Positions 34,228-45,029 of a DNA stretch of 64,000 bases are shown one piece after another. Within the stretch, counting starts at the first letter, position 1, and each line of letters starts with the position of its first letter. The notes beneath the pieces are model-generated. The model was given only the letters and a program-made list of their open reading frames with translations. It was not told the origin of the DNA and did no database searches. Made by a program: the position numbers and the translations under genes. This stretch comes from Podarcis muralis (lineage: Eukaryota), in the NCBI RefSeq assembly GCF_964188315.1, contig NC_135670.1, positions 18,042,001 through 18,106,000 on the forward strand, read 5' to 3'.

Positions 34228-34883
34228 TGTTATGTATTGGGTTTAACACAAGGTGCGTTCTAACCAATCATATAAGCGCTGGTAGACGAACGTTCTAATG
34301 GCAAGTAAGCGCATGGACTTTCAACTGTCAACTGTCAGTTCATGCTCGGCATTATTATTCTGTTGTCCAGTCAGTTCAGTTCTTGTTTTCCTATGAGTGA
34401 GCTGTTGTCACTGACAAATGTTGAATAAACATAGTCGAGGAACTTATACTGCCTTGGGCTTCTGACTTTTCCCGAACACTGGTGACAAGGATGGGGTTGA
34501 TGAACTCCCGCCGCCTGCTGCCTCGCAGTAAGCGCGACCTCACCGCCACGCTGGACTTAGCAAACAGTCCCAGAAACGAGACTGCGCCTGCTGCATCTTC
34601 GCAACCACCCACAATCACACAAGCAACTGCTCCAGGTCCAAGGATGGCCGCCAGTCATAGTCGGCCGCCACCGGACTTGGATATGAGCCATCCTGCAGAA
34701 TGGCCGCAGTGGCTCCGCCGAATAAGGAGCTATGTCCGACTACAAGGCTTCACTAGGGAGGCAGACAAGGTGGATGTGCTACTGACGGTGCTGGGAAGTT
34801 CTGCCATCACTCTACTGGAAGATCTGGTGGCACCCAGGGACATAGAGGCATGCACTTTCAATGAGCTGACACAGGCTATGACA
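34228..34883 (+). mobile_element. Gypsy/Ty3 LTR retrotransposon remnant: 5' LTR (34228-34478), PBS (34480-34497), truncated gag
   Basis: LTR runs TGTTATGTATT...AATAAA(34424)...GAACA. PBS TGGTGACAAGGATGGG matches the tRNA-Ser(GCT) 3' end with two CpG-type changes. gag-like MAASHSRPPPDLDMSHPAEWPQWLRRIRSY...KVDVLLTVLG...LEDLVAP...TFNEL. Flanked by AGA(T) direct repeats. Confidence 0.85.
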
Positions 34884-36330
34884 AGATAGGAAAGGCTTGC
34901 CAGGCAGGGAGCAGGTCCTGCAGGACTCCCAGCAGGAAGACCTGGGAGATGTGTCTTGGGCAAACAAGGGACAAGGGAATTTGCTGTCCCCAAGGTGTGG
35001 GGCTTATCTTCTTTCAGATTTTGCCAGAAACAAGCCAGCTCTGGGTGAATTACTATGTTTTGCAGAGAAAAGAAAAATCTGGGTCCCCACCCTGGATGGG
35101 TGCAAAAGAGCACAGAAGCAGCCCCATGCCAGGAAGGATGGGTCTCACTATGGCTTGGGCCCAATCTCTTGCCCCAGAGGACCTCCTTGGACCCCACAGC
35201 CTCCTAGGCAGAGGTGGAAGGGCAGCACCAGGAAAGGGGGCAGAAATACCCTCTGGCCTCATTCTGGCTCCCAGGGACACACACCACATCTTCTGCATTA
35301 AAAGTCGCTGGGAGATGTGCTCTTGGGGGGATGGAAGCAACCAAAGAAATGAATACAGGAAGGCAAGATACTTACTCTGAGGTGGGGGAAACAGCTAGCA
35401 GCAGAGAAATGCTGCTGGCTGCTAGTTTCCTTTCCGCCTCACTTCCCCAAAGGGCGTAAAATCGGAGGTCCTGTGGGAGGAAAGGGCGTCTCAGACTCAG
35501 GGGCCAGTCTGGGCCAAAGCGGCCCTCCGCTGCCCTCATCACAATGTCCCTGGCACTCCCGAACCATGAGGGTTGCCCCTTTTGGTCTTGGGCCAAATTG
35601 GGGGCCAAACGGGACAGGGGACTCTGTGCCCCAGAAATGAAACATTCTGTTGGGTAAGGGATGGGGGGCAACCCTAAACCCACTCCTGATGCCATCAGGA
35701 CACTTACAGTGAGCAGCTGGAGGAGGGTGCCAGCATTGGGGGCCTCCAGAAGGAGACCCCCCCCCAGTAGGTTCAGGAAGTGCCTCTTCCATTCCTGCGA
35801 GAAAAGTGAGAAGAGAGGTTGAGTGCTGGGTTAAATCTTGGAAGGGTGTGAGAAGAAGACAGAGATGTGCAAAGGGAAGTCAAAGCAGAGGACATACCTC
35901 TTTGTCCTCCTCCTTTTCTGCGCCCCCAAGAACAGCCTCCATTGTCCTATGCAGGATAGCACTGACCATATCGCAGCTGAAATGGGGTCTCATGAAGGTG
36001 GAGAAAGGAGAGGGGTTAGACGCTGCCTCCTCCCTTACCCCCTTCTGCCTGCTCTTGCCTCCCCAAAGCCCCTCTCTGCCCCTCCCTCCCCATGGGGGTC
36101 CCTCACGCCACCCCTCACTCACCATAATGGCTTTGGCCGTCTCCTGCTTGGAGCACTTCAGGGTTCGGAGCCCCCTGAGCCAAGCTGCCTGGCAGTTCTG
36201 GATGACCTCCAGGAGGTATAGCTGATCCTCCTCCAGCAGCTGAAATGCAAAAGTCAGGCTGTCACTTCCTTGAGGGCTCCTCTGCATCCGAGAATGCAGA
36301 GTGGGGGGCAAAGAGCCCAGGCAGCGTGGG

Positions 36331-38579
36331 CAGGGCCACATTTAGATGAAGAGAGGCCCTAGGCTACTCCACTTGTGAGGCCCCAGCCAACCCCCCACCC
36401 TCACAACTAAAAGAAAAAATTCAGAGTGAACTGTACCAACTTGCACAAGAACTCAATAAAGTTCTGATTTCTGAAGGGTTTTGCTGACCTTGTGAAAATG
36501 ACCTAGAGGATGGGTCAAAAAATGCAGCATAAACACAAATTCCAGTTCTTCCATTTTCTGCAAAAGATTGTTAGCTTGGAGCCTGGTTCCCCCTTCCCAT
36601 TAACATCAGAGTACAAATGACTGAGGGTATCAGTGATAGCACTATAACTTTTCAAAACAGCTTTCGTGGCTTTTGAATGTGCTGTGTGTCCCACAAATAT
36701 CTGTCTGACAAATATTTAGGCACATTAGACTGTGGTGGCAAAAATGATTTTAAGAACTGCCCATCTCTTTGTGGAGGATGAAAAGAAGGAATAAATTTCG
36801 TTGATAGTGCCAAAACAGTTCACTGCATCAAGGCAGCAATCCACAGCTGAACGACCCACCAGATTTATAGTGACCTGCCGGCTGGTTGATGCATGAAAGC
36901 AGTGACTGGTCTTAACTTCATTATCATAGCATTTTTGAGACTCTGTCTCTTGTGCTTGCTAGCACCACTTTCAAATCTCTTACTCATGCTTAGATTAGAA
37001 TCTAAAAAACAAAAATAAAAATTACTCTTCAACTGGATAAACTTGGGCTTCTGTCACTCTTCAGTAGCTGCCACCACTTGCTGACTTCCCTATGTCTTTC
37101 TTGAGGGGCAGAGAGACCCCTCTGGCTGACTCCTGGGGTTTGGAGATGAAAACCCCTAACTTTGGGTTTCTCCTGGAGGGTTGGCACCTGCACATTTTGG
37201 GGCTTTTTCCCTCCCAGGACCCTTCTTAAGGCACTGGTAGCGGGCAGAGCGGGGGAGACTCTGTGGTCACAGCACCAGACTGGGCTTTTAAACAAAGAAC
37301 AAATATTTTCTTGACTATCTGCAAGTAGCAGGATTTTAAACACAAAAGGCCCTTTAAATTAACCATAGAAAAGGAAAACACCACCGGGCACAAATAAAAT
37401 AGGACAAAACGCAGTTCCTCCAACCCTATACTTATTTTCCCTCTGGATGAGGTCCAGTTACCAACCTGCAGCCTAGCCTCCTGCCTTCTACAGGTAGTTC
37501 TGGATCCCTCTGAGGATCCCTTCCCACTGCTGGCTTCCCTGATCCCCAAGGCCTCTCTCTGCCTGTGGGCAACCTGCAGTGCATGTTGCAGGTACCAACA
37601 GGGCTCTGTGAAGTGTGAAAGATAGAGCTTGCTTGCCTGGTCTATCTGCCTCAGCTGGCCCCCCACTCGTACTCTCCCACTGATTAAAGTGCAGCACGTA
37701 CCACTACTGACCTGACCCTTGAGCTGGGGAAGGTTGCTGACTCTGGGCCTACGGGCTCTGGATTCTGAGATGGAAAATTCTGGGGGGCGAGGACACTCAA
37801 CAGCCCAGCTCGTCGGGGTGCAAGTCCCTGCGGGTCTCTGCGGTTAGCAGAAGAAGGAAGTTCCAGCCAAATACAGGAGCAAAACAGGGGTCAATAGACC
37901 ACAATCTTTATTGTTGTGCAACAGGTCCCCACACAGAGTAAGAACCCCAAACATGGGTTACAAGCTCTTTGAAAACCTTCCCTCCCTACCAGAATACATG
38001 TCCAGAACCATCATTGAGACATCACTGATACATCATGTCACCAGGAAGGAGGGGAGTCGTGAGGTTACCCAAGTTCATCAACTTGCCCCGTGTCATGAAT
38101 GAGCCAGCCGCCAGGGAAGGTTTGCAGGCAGCTCCCAGTGAAGGAAGTAGCCAGGAAGAAAGAGAGTTAACTGCCAGACAAGATGAGCATAGCCCAGTGC
38201 CAACTCCCCCACCCTTAGGACTGGCAGTTGATAAGAGAAGGACGCAGGCCTGGCCAGGACGCCGATGGTCCGGCCAAGACAAAGAAGGCCTGGTCTGGAC
38301 ACCGAAAGCCTGGTCAGGACAAAGAAGGCCTGGCCAGGATGTAGAAGGCCTGGTCTGGATGCTGAAGGCCTGGTCAGGACGAAGAAGGCCAGGCCAGGAC
38401 GTAGAAGGCCTGGTCAGGACGAAGAAGGCCTGGTCAGGACGAAGAAGGCCAGGCCAGGACGTAGAAGGCCTGGTCAGGATGAAGAAGGCCTGGCCAGGAC
38501 AAAGAAGGCCTGGTGAGGCCCCCTAGATTTAGAGGCCCTAGGCTTCAGACTACTTAGCCTATACATAAATCCAGCACTG
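36331..38579 (-). mobile_element. Internally deleted hAT DNA transposon with transposase remnants
   Basis: Ends CAGGGCCACATTTA / TAAATCCAGCACTG; 8-bp TSD AGCGTGGG / AGCGGGGG. Minus-strand remnants MSKRFESGASKHKRQ (ATG at 36987) and EIYSFFSSSTKRWAVLK...QANNLLQKMEELEFVFMLHF...KVSKTLQ (36430-36800). Confidence 0.8.
38241..38514 (+). repeat. 20-bp minisatellite (consensus GAAGAAGGCCTGGTCAGGAC), ~13.7 units
   Basis: Three units per 60-bp line are directly visible; variants alternate with a ~60-bp higher-order period. Confidence 0.93.
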
Positions 38580-39849
38580 AGCGGGGGGGGGGGGGGGAAG
38601 TCTGAGGGATCCACTCCCTGCTCTTGTTTTATCCAATACTCACCGCTACAGAAGGGATGTGGAACCCCAGCACACCTGCAAAGAGAAGGACATGGGGACA
38701 GGTGAGTTCGTCCCTGAGCCCCTGGCAAGGCTATTCCAAGAGTTTTCTCCTGGATTCCAAGTCCTACTACAGGGGAGGGACACCCCAGGCCTTGGGGGCC
38801 AATCCTGGCCTCCTGCCCCCAGAACATGGCTCCCCAGGGAAGGTGCCCCTCCCGCTGACAACTGCCCCCCCCGCCTTGCCCCGCAGCCCCCCCTGCTTCC
38901 TCCATTGGACCCCACAAAACGGGTGGTCGCTGGCAGAGTTGGGTTTCCAGACACTGGCTCAGATGGACCTTGGGTTGGATCCAGCCGTCTGGCTCTGTGC
39001 ATCTTTTGACTAGCTGCCCCCCTAGCCCATTCCTGCCCTCCTCTGTCCCAAAAAGGAGGACCACTTGCTCACCTGACACCATGGGCTGCTCTGGACCTTG
39101 CAGGGCTGTTGCTGCGGCTGATCAGGCATCTTGAACACCTTAACTTAGAAGAGAGGAGCAGAGAGAGCAACTCAGAAGGTGGCAGCCCCAATTCTTGGGG
39201 GGCGTTTGTGTGTGAGGAGGGGCGTCTGGCCCAATTCTTTCCATCTCTCTGCAGTTTAGTGACCTGAAAGGGCATCGCCAGAGCGGGAAAGAGGCAGCCC
39301 AGAGCATGAAGGGCTGGCAGAGAGACAAAGGAGGCCCCAAGTGCTATGGGTTCAAGAGCTCCAGCCCAATGGAAAGACAAGCATTGCCAACTGTTAAAAG
39401 GGCTGCTCTGCCTCGTCTTAGGACAGCCCTGCCCTTCCTGGAGAGGGAGGAGACCCATAGGAGGGTCCTCCAAGCATCAAGGTGTCCCAGAAGAGGAGCA
39501 GGACATGAGGAAGGTGTTGGAATCTTCCATGGAGCCAGAGAGACCCCCAGGAAGGGGGAGAAGTCCGATGTCGTAGGGCCGTTGGAGAGAGGCAAAATGG
39601 AGCCAGGCAGAGGTGTAGCAGTTGGAGGGCTGGACTAGGAGGACCTGGGAGAGCAGGGTTCGAATCCCCACTCAGCCATGAAGCTCCCTGGTGGACCTTG
39701 GGCCAGCCTAGCCTACTTTGCAGGGCTGCTGTGAAGATAACAATTGGTGGCAGGGAGAACCATGAAGGCCACCTTGAGCTCCTGGGAGGAAAGTGGTCTA
39801 TGAATGTCCCAGTAAATGTAAATGATGAGAGGGGAGAGAAAAGGGGAAG

Positions 39850-40170
39850 GCAGGGAAAGAGTGTGGAGGAGCTGAAAACCAAGCCTGATGAGGAACAGTT
39901 GAGGCAGCTGGGTATGTTTAGCCTGGAGAAGAGGAGACTGAGAGGAGAGAGGAGAGCCATCTTTCAATATCTGTGGGCTGCAAGAGGGAGCAAGCTTGTT
40001 TTCTGCTGCTCCAGAGAGGAGGGCAGGAGAGGAGATTCGGACTAAACGTTAGGAAGAACTTTCTGATGGTAAGACTCTCTGGGCGGTGGTGGACTCTCTT
40101 TCCTTGGAGGCTTTGAAGCAGAGGTTGGATGCCAATCTGCGAGGGATTCAGCTGCAATTTGGGGAGTGCA
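39850..40170 (+). mobile_element. CR1 LINE ORF2 3' fragment (second lineage)
   Basis: LKTKPDEEQLRQLGMFSLEKRRLRGERRAIFQYL; related pieces at ~33265-33460 and ~33840-34030. Confidence 0.78.
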
Positions 40171-40612
40171 TAGCACTGGCCTACTTTACAGGGTTGTTGT
40201 AACCACACAGGGCTGCTGAGCATCCAAAAGTTCCTGACAAATGTTGAGCCTTCCATTTCATTGTGGGGAACAGATGCAGCGCATCAGGAGGCGTCCCTCA
40301 GCTTCTGTTTCTTCTCTCTCTTGCAGCCAAAGGGACCGGGCTGGATTACCAAATAGGCAGAGTAGGCACTGGCCTATAGGCCCCACACTTTTTAGGGGTC
40401 CCACAACAATGGATCAAAATAATATTGATCTGATCTTGAAAGAAAACAACAATCAAGCTTCCTTAGTTCAATATTATTCCAGTGTGTGCACAAAGCCTGC
40501 CACCGCCCAGATTTTGACTGCCAAGGGGCCTCCACAGGGTTTAATCCATCACCCCCCCCCCCAAGATGTTGCTGGACTCTCAAGTCCCACCAGCTGAAAA
40601 CAGCAAGGTTGG

Positions 40613-43403
40613 TAGGGAAAGAATGTTCATAAGCCAAATGAGATAAGTAACTGTTTTCAAAGTTTTTTCAGGAAATTATACACACAAGGGCCAGTAAACG
40701 AACAAGAAATAGAAGAATTTCTTAAAAATTATGGACTACCGAAAATTCCAGAACAGGGCAAGTTGATTTTGAATGAGAAAATAACAGAACAGGAAATAGA
40801 GGAGGCCATTCAAAAGGCACAACTGGGAAAGTCTCCAGGACCAGATGGACTGACGGCTAGATATTATAAAGCTTTGAAAGAAGGTTTAGCGCAACCACTG
40901 AAAGAAGTTTGCAATGAAATATTGGAGGGGAAAAAGGCACCTGAAACGTGGAAAGAGGCCTTTATCTCACTTATACCAAAGACTGAGACTGAAAAGAACC
41001 AGGTTAAGAACTACCGCCCGATATCATTATTAAATGTGGATTACAAAATTTTTGCAGACATTTTAGCAAAAAGACTGAAGAAAGTATTGACAGGCGAGAT
41101 TCATAAAGATCAATCTGGCTTTCTCCCGGGAAGACACATGTCTGACAATGTGAGGAACATAATAGACATTGTGGAACTGTTGGAGATGAACATTAACAGA
41201 AAAGCGGTTTTGATTTTTGTGGACGCGGAGAAAGCCTTTGACAATATTAGTTGGAGTTTTATGAAAAAGAATGTCCAAGGGATGGGGGTAGGCCAAGGTT
41301 TTGAAAATGGTATAGGTGCAATTTATTCTGAGCAGAAGGCAAAGCTAATTGTGAATAATGTGGTAACGGAAGAGATAGCTATAGAGAAAGGAACACGACA
41401 GGGATGCCCTATTTCTCCCCTGCTTTTTATACTGGTTCTGGAGGTTTTGCTAAACATGATCAGAAAGGACCAGTTGGTTAAAGGAATTCAGGTCGGAGTG
41501 AGAGAGTATAAATTAAGGGCATTTGCAGATGACCTAGTTTTGACTTTGCAACAGCCAATCACTAGTACAAAAAGAGTTTTAGAACTGATCGAGATATTTG
41601 GTCAAGTTGCAGGATTTAAGTTGAACAAACAAAAAACTAAAGTCTTGGAAAAAAACTTAACAAATGAAGAAAAAGAGACATTCCAGAATGAAACAGGTTT
41701 GGAGATAGCAAAAAAAGTGAAGTACCTGGGGGTAAATTTGACATCGAAAAATGTGAATCTTTTTAAAGACAATTATGATAAATGTTGGACAGAAGTTAAG
41801 AAAGATTTAGACATATGGTCAAGGCTGAAACTTTCCTTGTTAGGCAGAATTGCTGTTATCAAAATGAATGTATTGCCTAGAATGTTATTTCTGTTTCAGA
41901 CATTACAAATATTAGACAAGATGGACTGTTTCAAGAGGTGGCAGAAAGACATATCGAAATTTGTTTGGCAGGGCAAAAAGCCAAGAATAAAATTTAAGAC
42001 ATTAACAGATGCGAAAGATAGAGGGGGTTTTGCCCTGCCGGACTTAAGACTCTACTACGAATCAGCAGCGTTTTGCTGGTTGAAAGATTGGCTGCTCCTC
42101 GAGAATACAGACATTTTGGATCTGGAAGGATTTGATAACAGATTTGGTTGGCATGCATATATATGGTATGACAAGGTAAAATTGCACAAAGGTTTTAAGA
42201 ACCATATCGTGAGGAAAGCTCTGTATAATGTTTGGATTAAGTATAAAGACTTGTTTGAAAGTAGAACCCCCAGGTGGTTGTCACCAATGGAAGCAAAAGA
42301 GGTGAAAAAATTGAATATGGGTTCTAATTGGCCTAAATATTGTGAAATTATAGAACAAGATGGCGAAAATGTAAAATTGCAGAGTTTTGAGAAACTGAAG
42401 TTTAAGGTGAGAGATTGGTTGCATTATCGACAGATAAATGAAGTATTCAAGCAGGACAGAAAGAAAGGCTTCCAAGTGGAAAAGTCAAAATTAGAAATAG
42501 AACTGTTAGAACCCAATACGAAAAATTTGTCAAGAATGTACAACTTGCTGTTGAAATGGAATACTCAAGATGAAATGGTGAAATCTAATATGATTAAATG
42601 GGCACAGGATATTGGGCATGACATTGAACTTGCTGACTGGGAGCAGTTATGGACCACTGGTGTTAAATTTACGGCATGCAATGCCTTAAAAGAAAACATT
42701 ATGAAAATGATCTACAGGTGGTACATGACTCCTGCTAAGTTAGCAAAGATCTATCACTTGCCCAACAACAAGTGTTGGAAGTGCAGTGAAACGGAGGGAA
42801 CCTTCTATCACCTTTGGTGGACCTGCCCGAAGATTAAGGCTTTCTGGGAAATGATCTACAATGAAATAAAAAAAGTTCTGAAGAGAACGTTTGTTAAAAA
42901 ACCAGAGGCCTTTCTCTTGGGTATGGTGGGCCAAATGGTGCCAAAGAAGGATAGGACATTTTTTATGTATGCCACTACAGCAGCAAGAATTCTTCTAGCA
43001 AAGTATTGGAAGACGCAAGATTTACCCACGTTGGAAGAATGGCAGACGAAGGTGATCGACTATATGGGACTGGCAGAGATGACTGGCAGAGTTCGAGACC
43101 GGGGGAAAGAGGCGGTGGATGAAGATTGGAATAAATTTAAAGTTTATCTTAAAAACTGCTGTAATTTGGAAAATTAGGGGCTCAGAGTTATAAGAGATAA
43201 AGAACTACAGTTGTATTAATAACTAACTGAAGTTAAATACATGAAATATATTTAAGTTATGATCAGAGGGTTGCTGAAAAATCTTGAAACAAGAATGCAG
43301 AAAAGGGGTGGTATGGGGAAGTCGTGTTTTTGTTTGTTTATGCTTATGTTTTTGTTTTGTCTTATGGAAAACTAATAAAAATTTATTTAAAAAAAAAAAA
43401 AAA
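40613..43403 (+). mobile_element. Young 5'-truncated L1-clade LINE (RT + C-terminal CCHC), poly(A) tail, 17-bp TSD
   Basis: Uninterrupted frame 40616-43177 with VDAEKAFD, GTRQGCPISP, FADD, YLGVNL and [24 protein letters not shown] at 43374; A-tail 43389-43403; TSD GAAAACAGCAAGGTTGG at 40596-40612 and 43404-43420. Confidence 0.96.
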
Positions 43404-43906
43404 GAAAACAGCAAGGTTGGGGATAATGGGAGATGTGGATCAATAACATAGAGGGCTGTAGATATAGAGTGCAGGTTTCTCAAGCTCCCTCAGTGGAATC
43501 TAGAGACTACCTGGAATCCAGGGCAAGAGGAATGTTTGGCTGATCATGGAGCAAACAGGTCCAGCTAGTCCTGGACATCTTAAATTAGTGGACAGAAGAT
43601 ATATGCTAGGTCAGGGTGTTGTTACATTGATCCCACCTGATAAGAGGCTTGGGACAGGCCAGAGAGATCTTGAAAGCAGATCTTCTCTGCAAGAGCTTCC
43701 AAAAGCGTATATGTTAAACTTTATTTAAAAGATGTATTCTCCCTTTCCCTGCAAGTGTTCTTATAAACAAGAACTGTGAAATACAATACAATCAACTCCC
43801 CTCCCACAACAAAATTAGCAAACCATACAAGTAGCCCTCCCCAACCTGGTGCCCTTCAGATGTGTTGGGATTACAACTCCCACCAGCCACGGCCAGCAAG
43901 ACTGTA

Positions 43907-44136
43907 CAGTGGTCCCTTGGTTTAAGAACAAAACAACTTGGATTAAGAACGCTGCAAACCCGGAAGTAGGTGTTTTGGTTTGTGAACTTTGCCTTGGAAG
44001 CATAACATGTTCTACTTCCTGTTGAGTGTAAATTGAGTCCCTTGCTGCTATGGGAAAGCACACCTTGGTTTAAGAACGCTTTGGTTTAAGAATGGACTTC
44101 CAGAACGGATTAAGTTCGTAAGCCAAGGTACCACTG
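43907..44136. mobile_element. Tc1/mariner-superfamily MITE nested in a hairpin MITE
   Basis: TA-CAGTGGTCCCTTGG...CCAAGGTACCACTG-TA; flanks at ~43840-43905 and ~44190-44280 are the two arms of another MITE. Confidence 0.82.
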
Positions 44137-44858
44137 TATTATTAAAGTGACTGATACATATCCCACATGTATGATGCCTGCGCTGACGGAACCTGCAGTC
44201 TCAAATGGCCGTGCTGGCTGGAGATGATGCCAGTTACAGTCCAAAACATCCGGAGGGCACCAGGTTGGAAAAGACTGCATACAAAGTTCTTCCCAAGACA
44301 GGCATTCTCCAGTCCCCTTTCCCCACTCTGCAAATAAATAGGTTGTGTGTGTGCATTTTTGTGCATCACAGATTGCAATGCACAAGTGTGGAGTTTGCCT
44401 TGGGGAAGGAATCCAGCATGTTGGCCTGCCTTTGATAAAAACAAGAGAGGAGATAATAGGGTCACTAAACTGTATGTCTTTGGTGGGGAATAGGCAAATC
44501 TTGTGAGGACTGGTCTCCCAATTGTGATGAGCCATGAGAGCTGCGTGTAGAACCTAACTGTTCAGGAGCAGTCTACCCCTGGTTAGCAGATGCTGGAGAC
44601 AAACAACAAAGAATGGCTACTGCCTCCAAGCCTTGTCAAGTGGGCTTCCCAAAAACATCTGGCTGGTTGGGGAGAGAGTGCAAGGTTAGCAGGATCTTTG
44701 GTCCAATCCAGCAATACCAATTTTAAAGTTTCTATGGCTGCAGAGATAAGGCTACCAATGGCTGCTGACCTACAGCTGTAGGCAGTAATGCTTCTGAATA
44801 TCACCTGCTGGGATGTGCAGGTAGTGAGAGCACTGTCACACTCAGGTTCTGTTTTAGG

Positions 44859-44981
44859 TAAAGTTACCAGATTTTTTTCAATGAATCCGGGGACACTTTT
44901 CAACTTCAATGGATTTTGTATGGGGACTGATCTGTAAATCCAGGGATTGTCCCTGGGAAACGGGGACATCAGGTAACCTTA
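44859..44981. mobile_element. hAT MITE
   Basis: TIR TAAAGTTACC / GGTAACCTTA; perfect TSD GTTTTAGG. Confidence 0.8.
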
Positions 44982-45029
44982 GTTTTAGGGCTTCCCAAAG
45001 GCATTTGGTTGGCCTCTGTAATAAATGGG

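Larger units (their letters stand above)
31312..39143 (-). pseudogene. Unidentified multi-exon (unprocessed) pseudogene. Core exons: 39073-39143, 38644-38675, 36123-36239, 35898-35976, 35708-35794, 35376-35470, 35149-35203, 35009-35059, [34884-34941 + 34098-34224], 32941-33099. Tentative exons: 32255-32332, 31634-31657, 31312-31399.
   Basis: Strong minus-strand donors (gtaagt at 35707, 35375 and 32940; gtgagt at 38643 and 36122; gtatgt at 35897; gtgagc at 39072) pair with pyrimidine-rich acceptors. Spliced peptide includes LLEEDQLYLLEVIQNCQAAW, EWKRHFLNLL..GTLLQLLT|DLRFYALWG and VFLLGVLQDLLPAWQAFPIYQPNDDIIKEL*FSSLKELLALFGHPNWPKIG. Stops at 34190-34192 and 33000-33002; one exon split by a Gypsy insertion. 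Confidence 0.7.

Noticed and set aside
36489-36557. Apparent 69-bp in-phase exon (KMEELEFVFMLHFLTHPLGHFHK) of the hidden gene
   Set aside because: The surrounding frame continues as hAT transposase (QANNLLQKMEELEFVFML...VSKTLQ), so it is transposon sequence.
38035-38526. 163-aa repetitive ORF, or a CRISPR-like array
   Set aside because: These are contiguous 20-bp tandem units with no spacers in eukaryotic DNA; the ORF is a by-product of a stop-free minisatellite.
39072-39081. TGGTGTCAGG (minus strand) as a tRNA-Leu primer-binding site
   Set aside because: Only 10 nt match and no LTR is adjacent; it is better explained as the end of the pseudogene exon plus a gtgagc donor.
44583-44969. 128-aa minus-strand ORF with a protein-like look (SAAIETLKLVLLDWTKDPANL)
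   Set aside because: The nucleotide sequence matches a degenerate CR1 3' end (TGCTGGAT..GACCAAAG...CCAGATG...GGGAAGCCCAC) plus a hAT MITE.
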